Positions 1-9,770 of a DNA stretch of 64,000 bases are shown piece by piece. The translations under genes were made by a program, and so were the position numbers. The stretch spans positions 1,899,649-1,963,648 of the forward strand of contig CP075368.1 in the NCBI GenBank assembly GCA_019454185.1. Reading direction: 5' to 3'. Within the stretch, counting starts at the first letter, position 1; each line of letters opens with the position of its first letter. Below the pieces are notes generated by a model. The model searched no databases and was not told the origin of the DNA. It worked only from the letters and a program-made list of their open reading frames with translations. Origin of the DNA: Phycisphaeraceae bacterium (GTDB lineage Bacteria; Planctomycetota; Phycisphaerae; Phycisphaerales; UBA1924).

Positions 1-64
1 CTTTCACTTCGCAACCTTCGCGCTCCACCATTCCCCCATATCCTCACACATCCCAAAAATCGAC

Positions 65-886
65 TTGACACACCCACCACCACCCCGTACCTTACCCGTA
101 CCCGTGGTCGCCCCTGCCCCTCCATCCCCTCTCGACTTCCACCCGGACGACGCCCTCGCCCACCGCATCGTCGCCGACCTCGCCCAGCCCCAAGCCACGC
201 TGGCCTCGGTCGCCGAAGCACACAACATCCCGCTCGCCACCCTCGCACTCTGGCTCTCCACCCCCCGAGCCGCGGCACTCTTCCACACCCTCGAATCCGG
301 CGCATGCCGCCACGTCCGCCTTACCGCTTCACTCCACCTCTCCACCGCCGTCCAGACACTCCTCCTCATCCTCGACAACTTCAAACGCCTCCACGCCACA
401 CTCGAACCCGCCGACCCCATCCTTCTCCGCGCCGCCGCCCACGCCCGCATCGCGGCGTACCACCTCTACCGCCTCTCACGCATCACGCCCCTCACCGACG
501 AACAACTCGCCCGTGCCGCGGTTCCTGGTGGCACTGCTCTCCAGAGCAGTGGCTCCGCGGCACGCGCCGCCGCGATCCGGGCGTCACTCTCCTCTGGCGC
601 CACTCCTCTCGAGCGGATGGGCTCCGCCGCCACGCCAGCCGCGCCTGCAACCATGCAGCCCGACCGTCAGGAAAGGCGTTCCCCCGCCGCCGACGCTCCT
701 CCCCCCTCTGCCCCTTCAGCCCCTTCAGCCCCTTCTGCTCCCTCTCCTCCGCGTTCCTCCGCACACCCTGTGTTCTCTTCACCTTCGCGGCCGTCGCGAT
801 CTTCGCGTTCAACCCCTTCTCCACGCCGTCCCGCCGATCTCATCCGCGCTGCCGCCGCCCCGATCCCCCTCGGCTCCTCCCCATAG
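65..886 (+). CDS. hypothetical protein; N-terminal half has a helix-turn-helix-like segment, C-terminal half is Ala/Pro/Ser low complexity
   Basis: ORF track 65..886 with a TTG start. Codons are C-ending and GC3-rich like the neighbouring rpsD. Contains ATLASVAEAHNIPLATLALWL and an SAPSAPSAPSAPS tract. No family recognised, and both the boundaries and the coding status are uncertain. Confidence 0.3.
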   Translation: MTHPPPPRTLPVPVVAPAPPSPLDFHPDDALAHRIVADLAQPQATLASVAEAHNIPLATLALWLSTPRAAALFHTLESGACRHVRLTASLHLSTAVQTLLLILDNFKRLHATLEPADPILLRAAAHARIAAYHLYRLSRITPLTDEQLARAAVPGGTALQSSGSAARAAAIRASLSSGATPLERMGSAATPAAPATMQPDRQERRSPAADAPPPSAPSAPSAPSAPSPPRSSAHPVFSSPSRPSRSSRSTPSPRRPADLIRAAAAPIPLGSSP

Positions 887-1141
887 CTCCTCCCCCTCTT
901 CCCCTTTGCCCCTTTGGCCCTCTGGCCATTTGGCCCCCCCTCTGGCCCAGTCAAACTCCCCGTTTGACCGTGGTCGCTGCTGCGCATTGAATACCGGCTC
1001 AAAACCAGTCCCCGGGAATGCCCGGATCGCACATGCCGGACCGCAGCCGCGGCCACCCGGCGCAGATCGCCGCTCGACCTCCGCACAACGGAGCGGCACC
1101 CAGGCGGATCACACCCGACCTGTGGGCGGAAGGAGTTTCGC

Positions 1142-1741
1142 ATGGCTCGTTATACAGGTCCAAAGCTCAAGCTCTCGCGCCGCGTCGGCACACCAGTCGC
1201 CGACATCCCCAAGCACACCTCCAAGCGCGCCCTCACGACGCCCGGCGTCCACGGCTTCCGCGGCCGTCGCCTCCGCGACTACGGCCTGCGTCTCAATGAG
1301 AAGCAGAAGGTCCGCTACCACTACAGCGTGCTCGAGAAGCAGTTCCGCCGCTACCTCGCCGAGGCCGCACGCCGCCCCGGCAACTCCGGCATGAACCTGA
1401 TGTCGCTGCTGGAGCAGCGTCTGGACAACGTCGTCCGCCGCGCCGGGCTGGCCCGGACGATCTGGGCCTCTCGTCAGATGGTCGCGCACGGGCACGTCCT
1501 CGTGAACGGCCGCAAGACCGATCGCCCCTCCTACTCGGCCCAGGTCGGCGATGTCATCACGCTGAAGCCCAAGGCCCAGAAGCTCGCCCGCGAGGCCATG
1601 GAATCTCTCGCTGGTCACGAGGTCCCGGGCTGGATCGAGCTCAACCCCTCCGAACTCACGCTCAAGATCGTCGCGGTCCCCACCATGGACCAGATCCCCT
1701 ACGACGTGAATCCCAACCTCATCATCGAGCTCTATCGCTGA
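1142..1741 (+). CDS. rpsD: 30S ribosomal protein S4
   Basis: MARYTGPKLKLSRR... and the S4 domain HGHVLVNGRKTDRPSY. GGAAGGAG Shine-Dalgarno lies just upstream of the ATG. Confidence 0.97.
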   Translation: MARYTGPKLKLSRRVGTPVADIPKHTSKRALTTPGVHGFRGRRLRDYGLRLNEKQKVRYHYSVLEKQFRRYLAEAARRPGNSGMNLMSLLEQRLDNVVRRAGLARTIWASRQMVAHGHVLVNGRKTDRPSYSAQVGDVITLKPKAQKLAREAMESLAGHEVPGWIELNPSELTLKIVAVPTMDQIPYDVNPNLIIELYR

Positions 1742-1840
1742 TCGAATTCCCGCAACGGGGTCGCGAAGGCGATCCCGCTGCCTTTACGCGCTGGCCACGC
1801 GCCGGGCCTGCCCGCGCCACCGGCCCGCTGGGGACAGCAC

Positions 1841-3787
1841 ATGCTCAAGTTTCTACGGAAGTACCGCACCATCCTCCTCGGGATGTTCGTCGTCATCCTC
1901 ATGGTCGCCTTCGTCGCGCCCCAGGCCATCCAGCAGCTCGGGCCCAACCCCCTCAAGCAGAAGGCCGGCTCCATCTCCGGCGTCGCCTTCACGGTCGGCG
2001 ACCTGCAGCAGGCCGCGTCCGAAGTCCGCATGCTCGAGACCATCAGCCCCGCGATCCCCGTGATCCTCGGCCTTGATAACACGAGACAGCCCGAGCACTG
2101 GATGCTCTTGAAGAGCGAGGCCAAGGCCGCGGGACTCATCGGTGAGATCGACGATGGACGCGACTGGCTCTCCGAGGTCGCGGCTCAGATCGCCCGCATC
2201 TCCCTCACCCAGCAGTACGGACGCTTCGGCCAGCAGTGGGTCGCCATGATGATGCAGGACCCGCAGGTCCAGCAGGAGATCGCCGGCCAGGCACAGAGCA
2301 TGCTCGGCAGGGTCGCCTCCGCCGCGGGCAGCAACCGCCTCACCGAGCAGGACGGCTTCCGCGCCCTGGCAGCAGCACGAGGAATCACACGCCTCAAAGA
2401 CGCATACGTCTTCGCCGCCCGGCCGACCCGCGCCCAGGCGGTCGCCGCGGCTCGCACCATCGGCGACTCGGCCACCATCGACTACCTCTTCATCCCCGCC
2501 CGCACGCTCTTGAACGAGATCGACGAGCCGAGCGAGGCCGACCTCGCAGCCCACTACGAGGCCTACGCCTCGGTCGAGCCCGGCACGGGCGACTTCGGCA
2601 TCGGATACATGCGTCCGGCCCGCATCAAGATCGAATGGCTCGTGATCGATCGGACCGCCATCGCCGGCGCGATCCCCGTGGACCGGGTCGAGCTGCGCAA
2701 GCTCTACGAGTCGAACCGCACCAAGTACACCAGCGACTACGAGATCGAGCGTGAGATCGTCCGCGCCGACTATCTCAGCGCGAAGACCGCCGAGTTGATG
2801 TCCGAGATTCTCCGGATCGTCCGCGCGGAAGTCCTCAAGGCGACACGACGCCTCGAGACGCAGGACACCTACAAGAAACTCCCCGAGACCTGGGCAGACG
2901 AACGCCCGCGTCTTGAGCAGATCGCGCTGACCGTCGTCGAGTCGCTCCGCACCATCAAGGGCGTGACTATCCCGCTGCCGAGGGTCGAGTCGCGCGATGC
3001 CAACTGGCTCGACGCCGCGGACCTCTCGATGCTCCCCGGCATCGGCTCTTCAGTGGTGCGCCTCGGGAGCATGCAGGCCCCCTTCGCCCAGTACGCCCTT
3101 CAAGTGAAGGAACTCGAAGGCAACCCCTCCCTCGGTCTCCAGGTCGGGCTCACGCCGATCGATAACCCTCTGGAAGACGCCTCGGGCAACATCTACTTCT
3201 TCACCGTGCTCGAAGCACGCCCCCCCTCCGCCCCGGACGGCATCGCCGATGTCACCACCCTGCGCGACGACTGGAAGACCATCAAGGCCTATGAGCGCCT
3301 CATCGGCGAACTCGGGATCTTCGAGACCCTCGCGCGGACCGATTCGCTCGACGCCGCGGCACGCCTCGTGGACACCGACGGCACCCGCCTGCTCTTCCCG
3401 ACCAACGCGGTCACGATCTCGCGCAACGGCCCGGCCACGTCCGACCGCGCCATCCAGTCACGGGCCTTCACCGATGCCGTGATGGACGCGGTCAAGGCCC
3501 TCGACCCGCGGCTCAGCCCGGAGGCCCTGGCCTCCGAGCCCGGCGCGGTCCTCGGCATCCCCCTGCCCAACCAGCTCGGCATCGCGATCGTGCGCATCCG
3601 CTCGATCGTGCCCTACACCATCGAGCGATTCCGCACTGAGGCAGTCGGCATCGTCGCCCAGAGCATCGCCTCAGAAGTCGAGAAGGTCGCCGGCACCATG
3701 GAGAACGTGAACCCCTTCACGTACCAGGTCATGGTCACCCGCCTGAAGTTCGAGACCCCCGGCTCCAAGCAGTCCGGCGACTCCTGA
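1841..3787 (+). CDS. membrane-anchored periplasmic chaperone, PpiD/SurA-N-like
   Basis: N-terminal MLKFLRKYRTILLGMFVVILMVAFVAPQ anchor typical of PpiD-like proteins and a long periplasmic region. I could not see a clear parvulin signature by eye. Confidence 0.5.
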   Translation: MLKFLRKYRTILLGMFVVILMVAFVAPQAIQQLGPNPLKQKAGSISGVAFTVGDLQQAASEVRMLETISPAIPVILGLDNTRQPEHWMLLKSEAKAAGLIGEIDDGRDWLSEVAAQIARISLTQQYGRFGQQWVAMMMQDPQVQQEIAGQAQSMLGRVASAAGSNRLTEQDGFRALAAARGITRLKDAYVFAARPTRAQAVAAARTIGDSATIDYLFIPARTLLNEIDEPSEADLAAHYEAYASVEPGTGDFGIGYMRPARIKIEWLVIDRTAIAGAIPVDRVELRKLYESNRTKYTSDYEIEREIVRADYLSAKTAELMSEILRIVRAEVLKATRRLETQDTYKKLPETWADERPRLEQIALTVVESLRTIKGVTIPLPRVESRDANWLDAADLSMLPGIGSSVVRLGSMQAPFAQYALQVKELEGNPSLGLQVGLTPIDNPLEDASGNIYFFTVLEARPPSAPDGIADVTTLRDDWKTIKAYERLIGELGIFETLARTDSLDAAARLVDTDGTRLLFPTNAVTISRNGPATSDRAIQSRAFTDAVMDAVKALDPRLSPEALASEPGAVLGIPLPNQLGIAIVRIRSIVPYTIERFRTEAVGIVAQSIASEVEKVAGTMENVNPFTYQVMVTRLKFETPGSKQSGDS

Positions 3788-3805
3788 GCATCGCACGGGC
3801 CCGAG

Positions 3806-5398
3806 TCAGATCCGCCCGTGCTCCCAGCCCCCCCGCAGGAACCGCCAGCCGAACGCCCCGGCCCGCACGACGATCTCCGCGCACAGACCGACCCAGAGCC
3901 AGGCCAGCGAGGGCTCCATCCCACTAGGATTGGGGAGTACCTTACCTCCGGGGAGCGGGATCTCAACGCCCGAGAGCAGATACGCCAGAGGCAGCCGGAC
4001 CGCGTAGGTCGTCCACCATGTCAGGTGCATGACGGCCTTCACGTCCCCGGCCCCGCGCAGCGCCGACCGCCAGACGATGCTGGCCGCGAACGGGATCTGG
4101 ACACACCCGCTGATGATGAGCAGAGCTGGAACGAGCGTCAGGTGCGACTCGATCGGCGTGAAGAGCGACGTGATCACCCGAGGGAAGATGACGAAGGCCA
4201 GGCCGCTCAGCCCCATGGTCGTGCAGGCGATGAGCGTGCAGATCCAGATGGCCTTCCTGGCCATGGCCGGGCTGCCTGCCCCGAGGTACTGCCCGGTGAG
4301 GGTCGCGGCGGCCGCGCCCATCGCGAACCCGGGGAGGAAGCTGAAGGCCTCGATCCGGATGGCCACGATGTGGGCGCCCATGGCCCCGGAGACGCCCGCG
4401 GCCCCGATGAGCCCGACGAAGAGCATGATGGCGTAGTTGCCGATCCACATGCCGAAGGTCTCGAAGAGGTTGGGAAGCCCGATGCGGACGATGCGGCGGA
4501 TGGTGTGCCAGTGGGGCCGTAGACGCCGGGCGCGGAGCCGGATGCCCCACGTGCCGCGCGAGGCCATCCAGAGGACCATGACAGCGCCGACCGCCTGAGA
4601 GGCGATCGTGCCGAGCGCGATACCCTTGATGCCGAGCTCGAAGGGGAAGGGATTGGCAAGGACGACCGAGCGCGTTCCATCGGACGAGAGCGTGTTCCAA
4701 TCGACGCCTGAGAGGACCCAGCTCACGACGATGTTGACGGCGTTGACGACGACCATGATCCAGAGCGGCCGGATGGAGTCTCCGACGCCCCTGGCGCAGG
4801 CGATGCCCGTGAAGAGGATGGACATGAGGGGCATGCCGCACGAGACGATGAGGATGTAGTCGCGGAACGCGGCTGCGCCGTCGCCGCTGAGGTTCATCAT
4901 GGAGGCGGTGGCGGGCGTTGTGATGGCGACGATGAGGCCGGTGGCGACACCGGCGACGATGGCGACGACGAGGGATTGACCCAGCACGGCGTTCGCGACC
5001 GCCATGCGTCGCGCACCGACGGATCTTGCGATGAGTGCGGTTGCTCCCATGCCGACGGACATCACGACGAGGCCCATGAGCCACATCATGTACGCGGCGG
5101 CGCCGATGGCGTCGGTCTCCTGCTCGCCGAGGCCGGCGGCGAGGACGGTGTCGGTGAGCCCCACCATCGAATTCAAGAAGGACTCTGCGAGGATGGGCCA
5201 GGAGAGGATCCAGATCGCCTGGCGCATGGTCAGCCCGGCGAGTCTGCCGGCACGGAGGCGTCCATCGGGCGTCAGACCCGAGGGGCGCGTGCGTGAGGGG
5301 GAGAGGGCGAGTTCCTCGGATGGGTCGATGGATTCTGGGTTCAGCGCCGGCGAGCCGCCCTGATGGGATTCGTGGGGCGATTTGCTGTGGTCGGACAC
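3806..5398 (-). CDS. MATE family efflux transporter
   Basis: Polytopic membrane protein with the MATE N-terminal signature (ILSWPILAESFLNSMVGLTDTVLAAGLG). The first ~140 codons of ORF 3806..5821 are Arg/His-rich and overlap the next gene. I chose the GTG at 5398, preceded by GGAG; the ATG at 5227 is the alternative. Confidence 0.8.
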   Translation of the reverse strand: MSDHSKSPHESHQGGSPALNPESIDPSEELALSPSRTRPSGLTPDGRLRAGRLAGLTMRQAIWILSWPILAESFLNSMVGLTDTVLAAGLGEQETDAIGAAAYMMWLMGLVVMSVGMGATALIARSVGARRMAVANAVLGQSLVVAIVAGVATGLIVAITTPATASMMNLSGDGAAAFRDYILIVSCGMPLMSILFTGIACARGVGDSIRPLWIMVVVNAVNIVVSWVLSGVDWNTLSSDGTRSVVLANPFPFELGIKGIALGTIASQAVGAVMVLWMASRGTWGIRLRARRLRPHWHTIRRIVRIGLPNLFETFGMWIGNYAIMLFVGLIGAAGVSGAMGAHIVAIRIEAFSFLPGFAMGAAAATLTGQYLGAGSPAMARKAIWICTLIACTTMGLSGLAFVIFPRVITSLFTPIESHLTLVPALLIISGCVQIPFAASIVWRSALRGAGDVKAVMHLTWWTTYAVRLPLAYLLSGVEIPLPGGKVLPNPSGMEPSLAWLWVGLCAEIVVRAGAFGWRFLRGGWEHGRI

Positions 5399-5484
5399 TC
5401 TCTTCTCCGGGCTCGACGCGGCGGCGCGGCGTCGTCGAGCCCGATCGTACACGGCGGAGGCGTGTCGGATGCGATGATCCGTGC

Positions 5485-6462
5485 TTACGCGAAGGGCCAG
5501 ACGGCCAGACCGTGGGGCGCGTTCCTGACATCGTTGCCGAATGTGATGGTCTTGATGCGTGCGGCGCGATCGATGTCGTAGACGCTGACGGTGGAGGGCG
5601 AGGAGCCGCCGATGACGATGCCGGGGCGGCCTGGGTCGCCTGTCCAGGCGGTGAGGCCTCGCGCGAAGTTCGGTTTGGCGACATCGCTCGGCAGGTTCAT
5701 GTTGATGAGTGTCGCGGGGTCGTGCCTGTAGATGTCGATCGCGGCGCGGATGTTGCCTGTGCGATCGGCGAAGCAGACTTTCTCTTCGGAGGTGCTGTTG
5801 TAGATCACGCCATCGCGCCACGGGCGGGCGTTGTGGGTCCAGGTGGGCAGTCGCGCGCCGAGGCCGACGCGCCGGCCGTCGAAGATGAAGAGCACGGGGA
5901 GCCGGACGCCTGAGATGAAGGTCATTCCCTGCATACGGCTGACGGCGTTGATGTGGATGGTGTCGGCCTTGTGCGGGCCGCCCGCGGCGTTCGGGTCGAA
6001 GGGCTTGAAGTTCAGATGCTGGGGGCCGATGGGGACTCCGGGGGGCGGCTCGTTGAGTACGCGGATCGAGAGTCCTGAGACGAAGCGATCCGATGGGAGG
6101 TCGTATTCGAGGATGGAATCGAAGGCGGTTGACGTGAGGAGAAGGCGGTCGCCCGCGACCCAGATCTCATGGCAGAGGCCGAGGTAGTCGTTGCGGACGG
6201 AACTGAGTCGATTGAAGTCTTTGTCGAAGAAGAAGATCTCGTCGCTGGCGGCGATGATCACTCGGTCGCGCCAGAAGGCGATGCCGCGAAGTCCGCGGTC
6301 GCCGCCTCGGCCCTCCCAGTCGATGTCGCCGGTGTTCCAATCGAGTTTCTTCTGGACCTCTTCGGTTTCGAGATCGACGAGATAGACGCCACCGTGGCTG
6401 TCGCCCTGATGTGTCGAGCGAATGACATCGGTGATGAGGACTTTGGGGAGTGGCGTCGGCAT
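5485..6462 (-). CDS. hypothetical protein, repeated beta-strand (propeller-like) pattern
   Basis: ORF 5485..6528 trimmed to the ATG at 6462 (MPTPLPKVLITD...). GC3-rich codons. Family not recognised. Confidence 0.55.
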   Translation of the reverse strand: MPTPLPKVLITDVIRSTHQGDSHGGVYLVDLETEEVQKKLDWNTGDIDWEGRGGDRGLRGIAFWRDRVIIAASDEIFFFDKDFNRLSSVRNDYLGLCHEIWVAGDRLLLTSTAFDSILEYDLPSDRFVSGLSIRVLNEPPPGVPIGPQHLNFKPFDPNAAGGPHKADTIHINAVSRMQGMTFISGVRLPVLFIFDGRRVGLGARLPTWTHNARPWRDGVIYNSTSEEKVCFADRTGNIRAAIDIYRHDPATLINMNLPSDVAKPNFARGLTAWTGDPGRPGIVIGGSSPSTVSVYDIDRAARIKTITFGNDVRNAPHGLAVWPFA

Positions 6463-6679
6463 GTCTGATCCATGGCGTTGAGTTGAGCTGGAAGGTGATT
6501 GTACCGAGTTTGGACGAGAGACTGGCACTGCTGCGGGGTGCGCACTCTGCTGGACGCTCTCCGAGGACTACGGACGCCTGCGGCGTGTCAGAACGCTGCA
6601 AGGCCTGTGCTTGAGATGATCTTGTCACACACGATCCACAACCGAAGGGATACAGGCGCGCCATCGCCTTCGGCTCGCT

Positions 6680-7072
6680 TCACGAGCCGCAGGCGATGGC
6701 GGAGGCGATGGCGAGGCCACCGGCGTGTGAGATGGAGAGGTGCCAGGTTGTGATCGACCGTGCGGCGGCGATGCGAGCGGCTTCGCCGCGGAGCGCGACG
6801 GAGGGTGGGCCGGCGGTGGCGAGGATCTCGACGTCAGTCCAAGCGATTCCCCCGGACCAGCCGGTGCCGAGGGCCTTCAGGACGGCTTCCTTGGCGGCGA
6901 AGCGGCCGGTGAGGTGCTCGACGCGGCGGGCGTGGACGGCGTTGTACGAGAGTTCGGCGGGGGTGAAGACGCGCTGGAGGAAGCGATCGCCGTGCTCATC
7001 GATGGAACGCTGGAGGCGTTCGACGGGCATGAGGTCGATGCCGTGGCCGAGGATGTGAGTGGCTGGTGGCAT
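6680..7072 (-). CDS. acpS: holo-[acyl-carrier-protein] synthase
   Basis: GHGIDLMPVERL...FTPAELSY...RFAAKEAVLKALGTG...LSISHAGGLAIA. Start moved to the ATG at 7072 because the first 22 ORF codons are a translation of the 34-nt repeat. Confidence 0.85.
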   Translation of the reverse strand: MPPATHILGHGIDLMPVERLQRSIDEHGDRFLQRVFTPAELSYNAVHARRVEHLTGRFAAKEAVLKALGTGWSGGIAWTDVEILATAGPPSVALRGEAARIAAARSITTWHLSISHAGGLAIASAIACGS

Positions 7073-7095
7073 GGAAGGAGAAAGAGAAAAGGCAG

Positions 7096-7129
7096 GACTC
7101 ACCACAGAGACACAGAGGGCACAGAGAAG
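7096..7129 (+). repeat. 34-nt (CACAGAG)x3 repeat, copy 1
   Basis: GACTCACCACAGAGACACAGAGGGCACAGAGAAG. On the gene strand it lies 23 nt upstream of the acpS ATG. Confidence 0.9.
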
Positions 7130-7153
7130 AGAATGCATGGGAAGAGGGAAGAG

Positions 7154-7597
7154 TTACTTCGAGGGTGAACGGTGTTTGGAGGACTTGGAGGCGGGCTTCG
7201 GGGAGGACTTGCTGGGGGAGGGTTTGCCTCCTTTGGAGGGGGAAGACTTGGGAGCCGACTTCGATTCGGGTTTGGATTCTTGCTTGGGCGTGGATTGTGA
7301 TTTGGCGTCGGGCTTCGCGTCCGATTTTGAATCAGACTTTGTCTCTGGCTTGGAGTCGGTCTTGGAATCAGGCGCGGGGGCTTTCTCTGCGTCGGCGGCC
7401 TTCTTGTAAGACTCGGAGCGGTAATCGGTCTCGTAGAAGCCGGAGCCCTTGAAGAGGATCGCGGCACCGGTGCCGATGAGGCGTTCGAGGGCGTTCTTGG
7501 CGCACTTGGGGCATTTGCGCTTGGGCGCGTCCTTCATGGACTGGAAGAGCTCGAAGCGGTGCTTGCAGGCGTTGCACTTGTAGTCGTAGGTGGGCAT
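7154..7597 (-). CDS. FmdB-family zinc-ribbon protein with a long Lys/Ser/Pro-rich tail
   Basis: MPTYDYKCNACKHRFELFQSMKDAPKRKCPKCAKNALERLI (CxxC...CxxC), then a ~90-aa KS/KP low-complexity tail. Confidence 0.8.
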   Translation of the reverse strand: MPTYDYKCNACKHRFELFQSMKDAPKRKCPKCAKNALERLIGTGAAILFKGSGFYETDYRSESYKKAADAEKAPAPDSKTDSKPETKSDSKSDAKPDAKSQSTPKQESKPESKSAPKSSPSKGGKPSPSKSSPKPASKSSKHRSPSK

Positions 7598-7622
7598 CGG
7601 GGATCCAACTTCAAACTAGGAG

Positions 7623-7656
7623 GACTCACCACAGAGGCACAGAGAACACAGAGAAA
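7623..7656 (+). repeat. 34-nt (CACAGAG)x3 repeat, copy 2
   Basis: GACTCACCACAGAGGCACAGAGAACACAGAGAAA. Lies 25 nt upstream of the zinc-ribbon gene ATG. Confidence 0.9.
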
Positions 7657-7738
7657 GACAGTGAAGAAGCGGGGATAGGGTGTCGGAAGGCGACAGCCGT
7701 TGGGCTCGTAGGTGAAGGAATGAGAGTACAGGACTCGG

Positions 7739-8398
7739 TCACGCGTTCGGGGCGACGGCGACCTTTGCTGGACGGATGACGCGCTCGCCGGTGAGCATCG
7801 TCAGGAGGAAGCCGGGCTGGAAGGTTGAGACGATGCGGCCGGGCTCGATGCCATCTGCCGTCTGCTGGATCACGGCCTCATGGCGTCCGGGCTGGAACTC
7901 ATCGTTGGGCTGGGGGTGGATGAGCGTGACGCCGTTTCGAGAGAGGATCTTGAGCATCTCTTCGCGGATGACGCGGACGCCGCCGATGAGCTGCTCGGCG
8001 GTGACCTTGGCGGGGTCCTGACCGATGGCGAGGTCGAAGTGATCGAGGACCGCTGCGACATCCGAGACGATTCGTGAGACGCCGTCTGCCTTGGCCTGCT
8101 GCTCGTTCTGGAGGGCGCGGCGCTGGCTGTTCTGGTAATCGGCGACGGTGCGGAGGAGTTTGTTCTTGGTCTCGGTGAGCTCGGATTCCAGTATGTTGAC
8201 ACGCGCGATCGCCTCCTCCGCGCTCTCGGGTCCCCACTCGCTTTTCCAGGTGTCGGACGCGCGCTCGCCGGACGGCGCGGGATCGCTTGCGCTGCCCCAG
8301 TCGCCGGTGTCGGAGATGTCGTGCTCGCGGGGGGGCACCGATTGATCGCCCGGCGTGCCTTGGTTGTGTCTGTCTTTCTTGTTCATCGCATCACCCAT
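7739..8398 (-). CDS. grpE: nucleotide exchange factor GrpE
   Basis: Coiled-coil N-terminal part followed by GrpE core motifs (FDLAIGQ..., HEAVIQQ..., RPAKVAV). Sits directly downstream of dnaJ. Confidence 0.9.
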   Translation of the reverse strand: MGDAMNKKDRHNQGTPGDQSVPPREHDISDTGDWGSASDPAPSGERASDTWKSEWGPESAEEAIARVNILESELTETKNKLLRTVADYQNSQRRALQNEQQAKADGVSRIVSDVAAVLDHFDLAIGQDPAKVTAEQLIGGVRVIREEMLKILSRNGVTLIHPQPNDEFQPGRHEAVIQQTADGIEPGRIVSTFQPGFLLTMLTGERVIRPAKVAVAPNA

Positions 8399-8426
8399 GG
8401 TTCATGCCGGTCTTGCGTTGGGGCTC

Positions 8427-9596
8427 TCAGGGATTCAGAAAGTCTTTGACGCGTTTCCAGAATCCTTCGCTCTCAGGAAGCACATCGTGGTTCTCTAGTG
8501 CGGCGAGTTTGCGGAGCAGCCCCTCTTGCTCGCTCGTGAGTTTGCGGGGCACTTCGATCTTGACGCCGACGAGAAGATCGCCGCGGCGGGCGGTGCGGAG
8601 GTTGGGAAGCCCCTTGCCCTCGATGCGGAAGACGGTGCCGTAGGCGGTTGCCTTGGGGACTCGGAGGGTGTGCTCACCGTCGAGCGTGGGGATCTTGATG
8701 TCGGCGCCGAGCGCGGCCTGGGTGTAGGTGATGGGCATCTCGAGCGTGAGGTTGTCGGCCTGCTCGGGGTCGCGCTGGAAGAGCGAGTGCTCGTCGATGC
8801 GGATCACCACGTGGAGATCGCCGCGGACGCCCTGGCCGTCGGCGGAGACCTCCTGCGGCGGGGGTTCGCCCTCGCCCGCGACACGGACGGCCATGCCCTC
8901 CTGCACGCCGGCGGGGATCTTGACGGAGAGTTTGCGCTTCTTGGGGACGCGCCCCTTGCCCCGGCAGCCGTCGCAGAGGTCTTTGATGATGCTGCCTCGG
9001 CCTTTGCAGTTGGGGCATGCGACGACCATGCGGAACATGCCGCCGAGGCCGGTCTGCTGGACCTTTCCGTGGCCGCCGCAGGTGGGGCACTTGTCGGGCT
9101 TTGATCCGGGCTTTGCGCCGGAGCCGGTGCACTTTTCGCAGACGTCCATGCGTGTGAACTCGACATCGCGTTCGCAGCCGCTGAGGACTTCTTCGAGTGA
9201 GATCTCGACTTCGGTCTCGAGGTCGTATCCCCGTGCTGGGCCGCGGCGCTGCTGGCCTCCCCCCCCCCTGCCGCCCATGCCGCCGCCCCCGAAGATGTCG
9301 TTGAACATCGAGAAGATGTCGTCGACGTTCATGCGGGTGAAGTCGTGGGTGGCGGGGCCGCCCCGGCCTCGGAGTCCTTCGTGGCCGTACTGGTCGTAGA
9401 TCTTGCGCTTGGCGTCGTCTGAGAGGACCTCGTAGGCCTCGGCGGCTTCCTTGAACTTGGCCTCGGCCTCGGCATCGCCGGGGTTGCGGTCGGGGTGGTA
9501 CTTCATCGCCAGGCGGCGATAGGAGCGCTTGATCTCCTCGCCGTCGGCGGTGCGCTCAACGGAGAGGATCTCGTAATAGTCACGGGTGGTGGGCAT
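8427..9596 (-). CDS. dnaJ: molecular chaperone DnaJ
   Basis: J domain (DYYEILSV...[16 protein letters not shown]), a Gly-rich linker, and four CxxCxGxG zinc-finger repeats. Confidence 0.97.
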   Translation of the reverse strand: MPTTRDYYEILSVERTADGEEIKRSYRRLAMKYHPDRNPGDAEAEAKFKEAAEAYEVLSDDAKRKIYDQYGHEGLRGRGGPATHDFTRMNVDDIFSMFNDIFGGGGMGGRGGGGQQRRGPARGYDLETEVEISLEEVLSGCERDVEFTRMDVCEKCTGSGAKPGSKPDKCPTCGGHGKVQQTGLGGMFRMVVACPNCKGRGSIIKDLCDGCRGKGRVPKKRKLSVKIPAGVQEGMAVRVAGEGEPPPQEVSADGQGVRGDLHVVIRIDEHSLFQRDPEQADNLTLEMPITYTQAALGADIKIPTLDGEHTLRVPKATAYGTVFRIEGKGLPNLRTARRGDLLVGVKIEVPRKLTSEQEGLLRKLAALENHDVLPESEGFWKRVKDFLNP

Positions 9597-9676
9597 GGGG
9601 GATCCGGGGAGGCAAAGACGAAGATTGAAGACTCACCACAGAGGCACAGAGGACACAGAGAAAGGCAAAGAACGGG
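9564..9676 (+). repeat. direct duplication, copy A (dnaJ 5' end + leader + 34-nt repeat)
   Basis: ~113 nt matching 9738..9849 with about 7 differences. Includes the first 33 nt of dnaJ. Confidence 0.85.
9630..9663 (+). repeat. 34-nt (CACAGAG)x3 repeat, copy 3
   Basis: GACTCACCACAGAGGCACAGAGGACACAGAGAAA. Lies 33 nt upstream of the dnaJ ATG. Confidence 0.9.
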
Positions 9677-9770
9677 TCATGAAGGCCCTCAAAGACGAAG
9701 CGTTTGAACTCCTCGCGGTCGGTGGTCTCTCGAAGGCGAGGATCTCGTAATAGTCGCGGGTGGTGGGCAT
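9633..9770 (-). pseudogene. duplicated dnaJ 5' fragment (45-codon remnant ORF)
   Basis: The ATG at 9770 opens [11 protein letters not shown] (identical to DnaJ residues 1-11), then diverges and stops inside repeat copy 3. Confidence 0.5.

Noticed and set aside
4-450. Minus-strand 148-aa ORF at the window edge.
   Set aside because: Arg/Trp/Ala-rich and antisense to the better-looking plus-strand ORF 65..886, with no motif.
3806-5821. Long N-terminal extensions of several ORFs: MATE to 5821, sulfotransferase 1 to 15615, GspH-like to 46364, serC to 56128, groEL(2) to 17533, secretin to 40340.
   Set aside because: The extensions overlap upstream genes or are Arg/His-rich with no similarity to the family. 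Internal starts with plausible RBS give family-typical N-termini. The exact starts remain uncertain.
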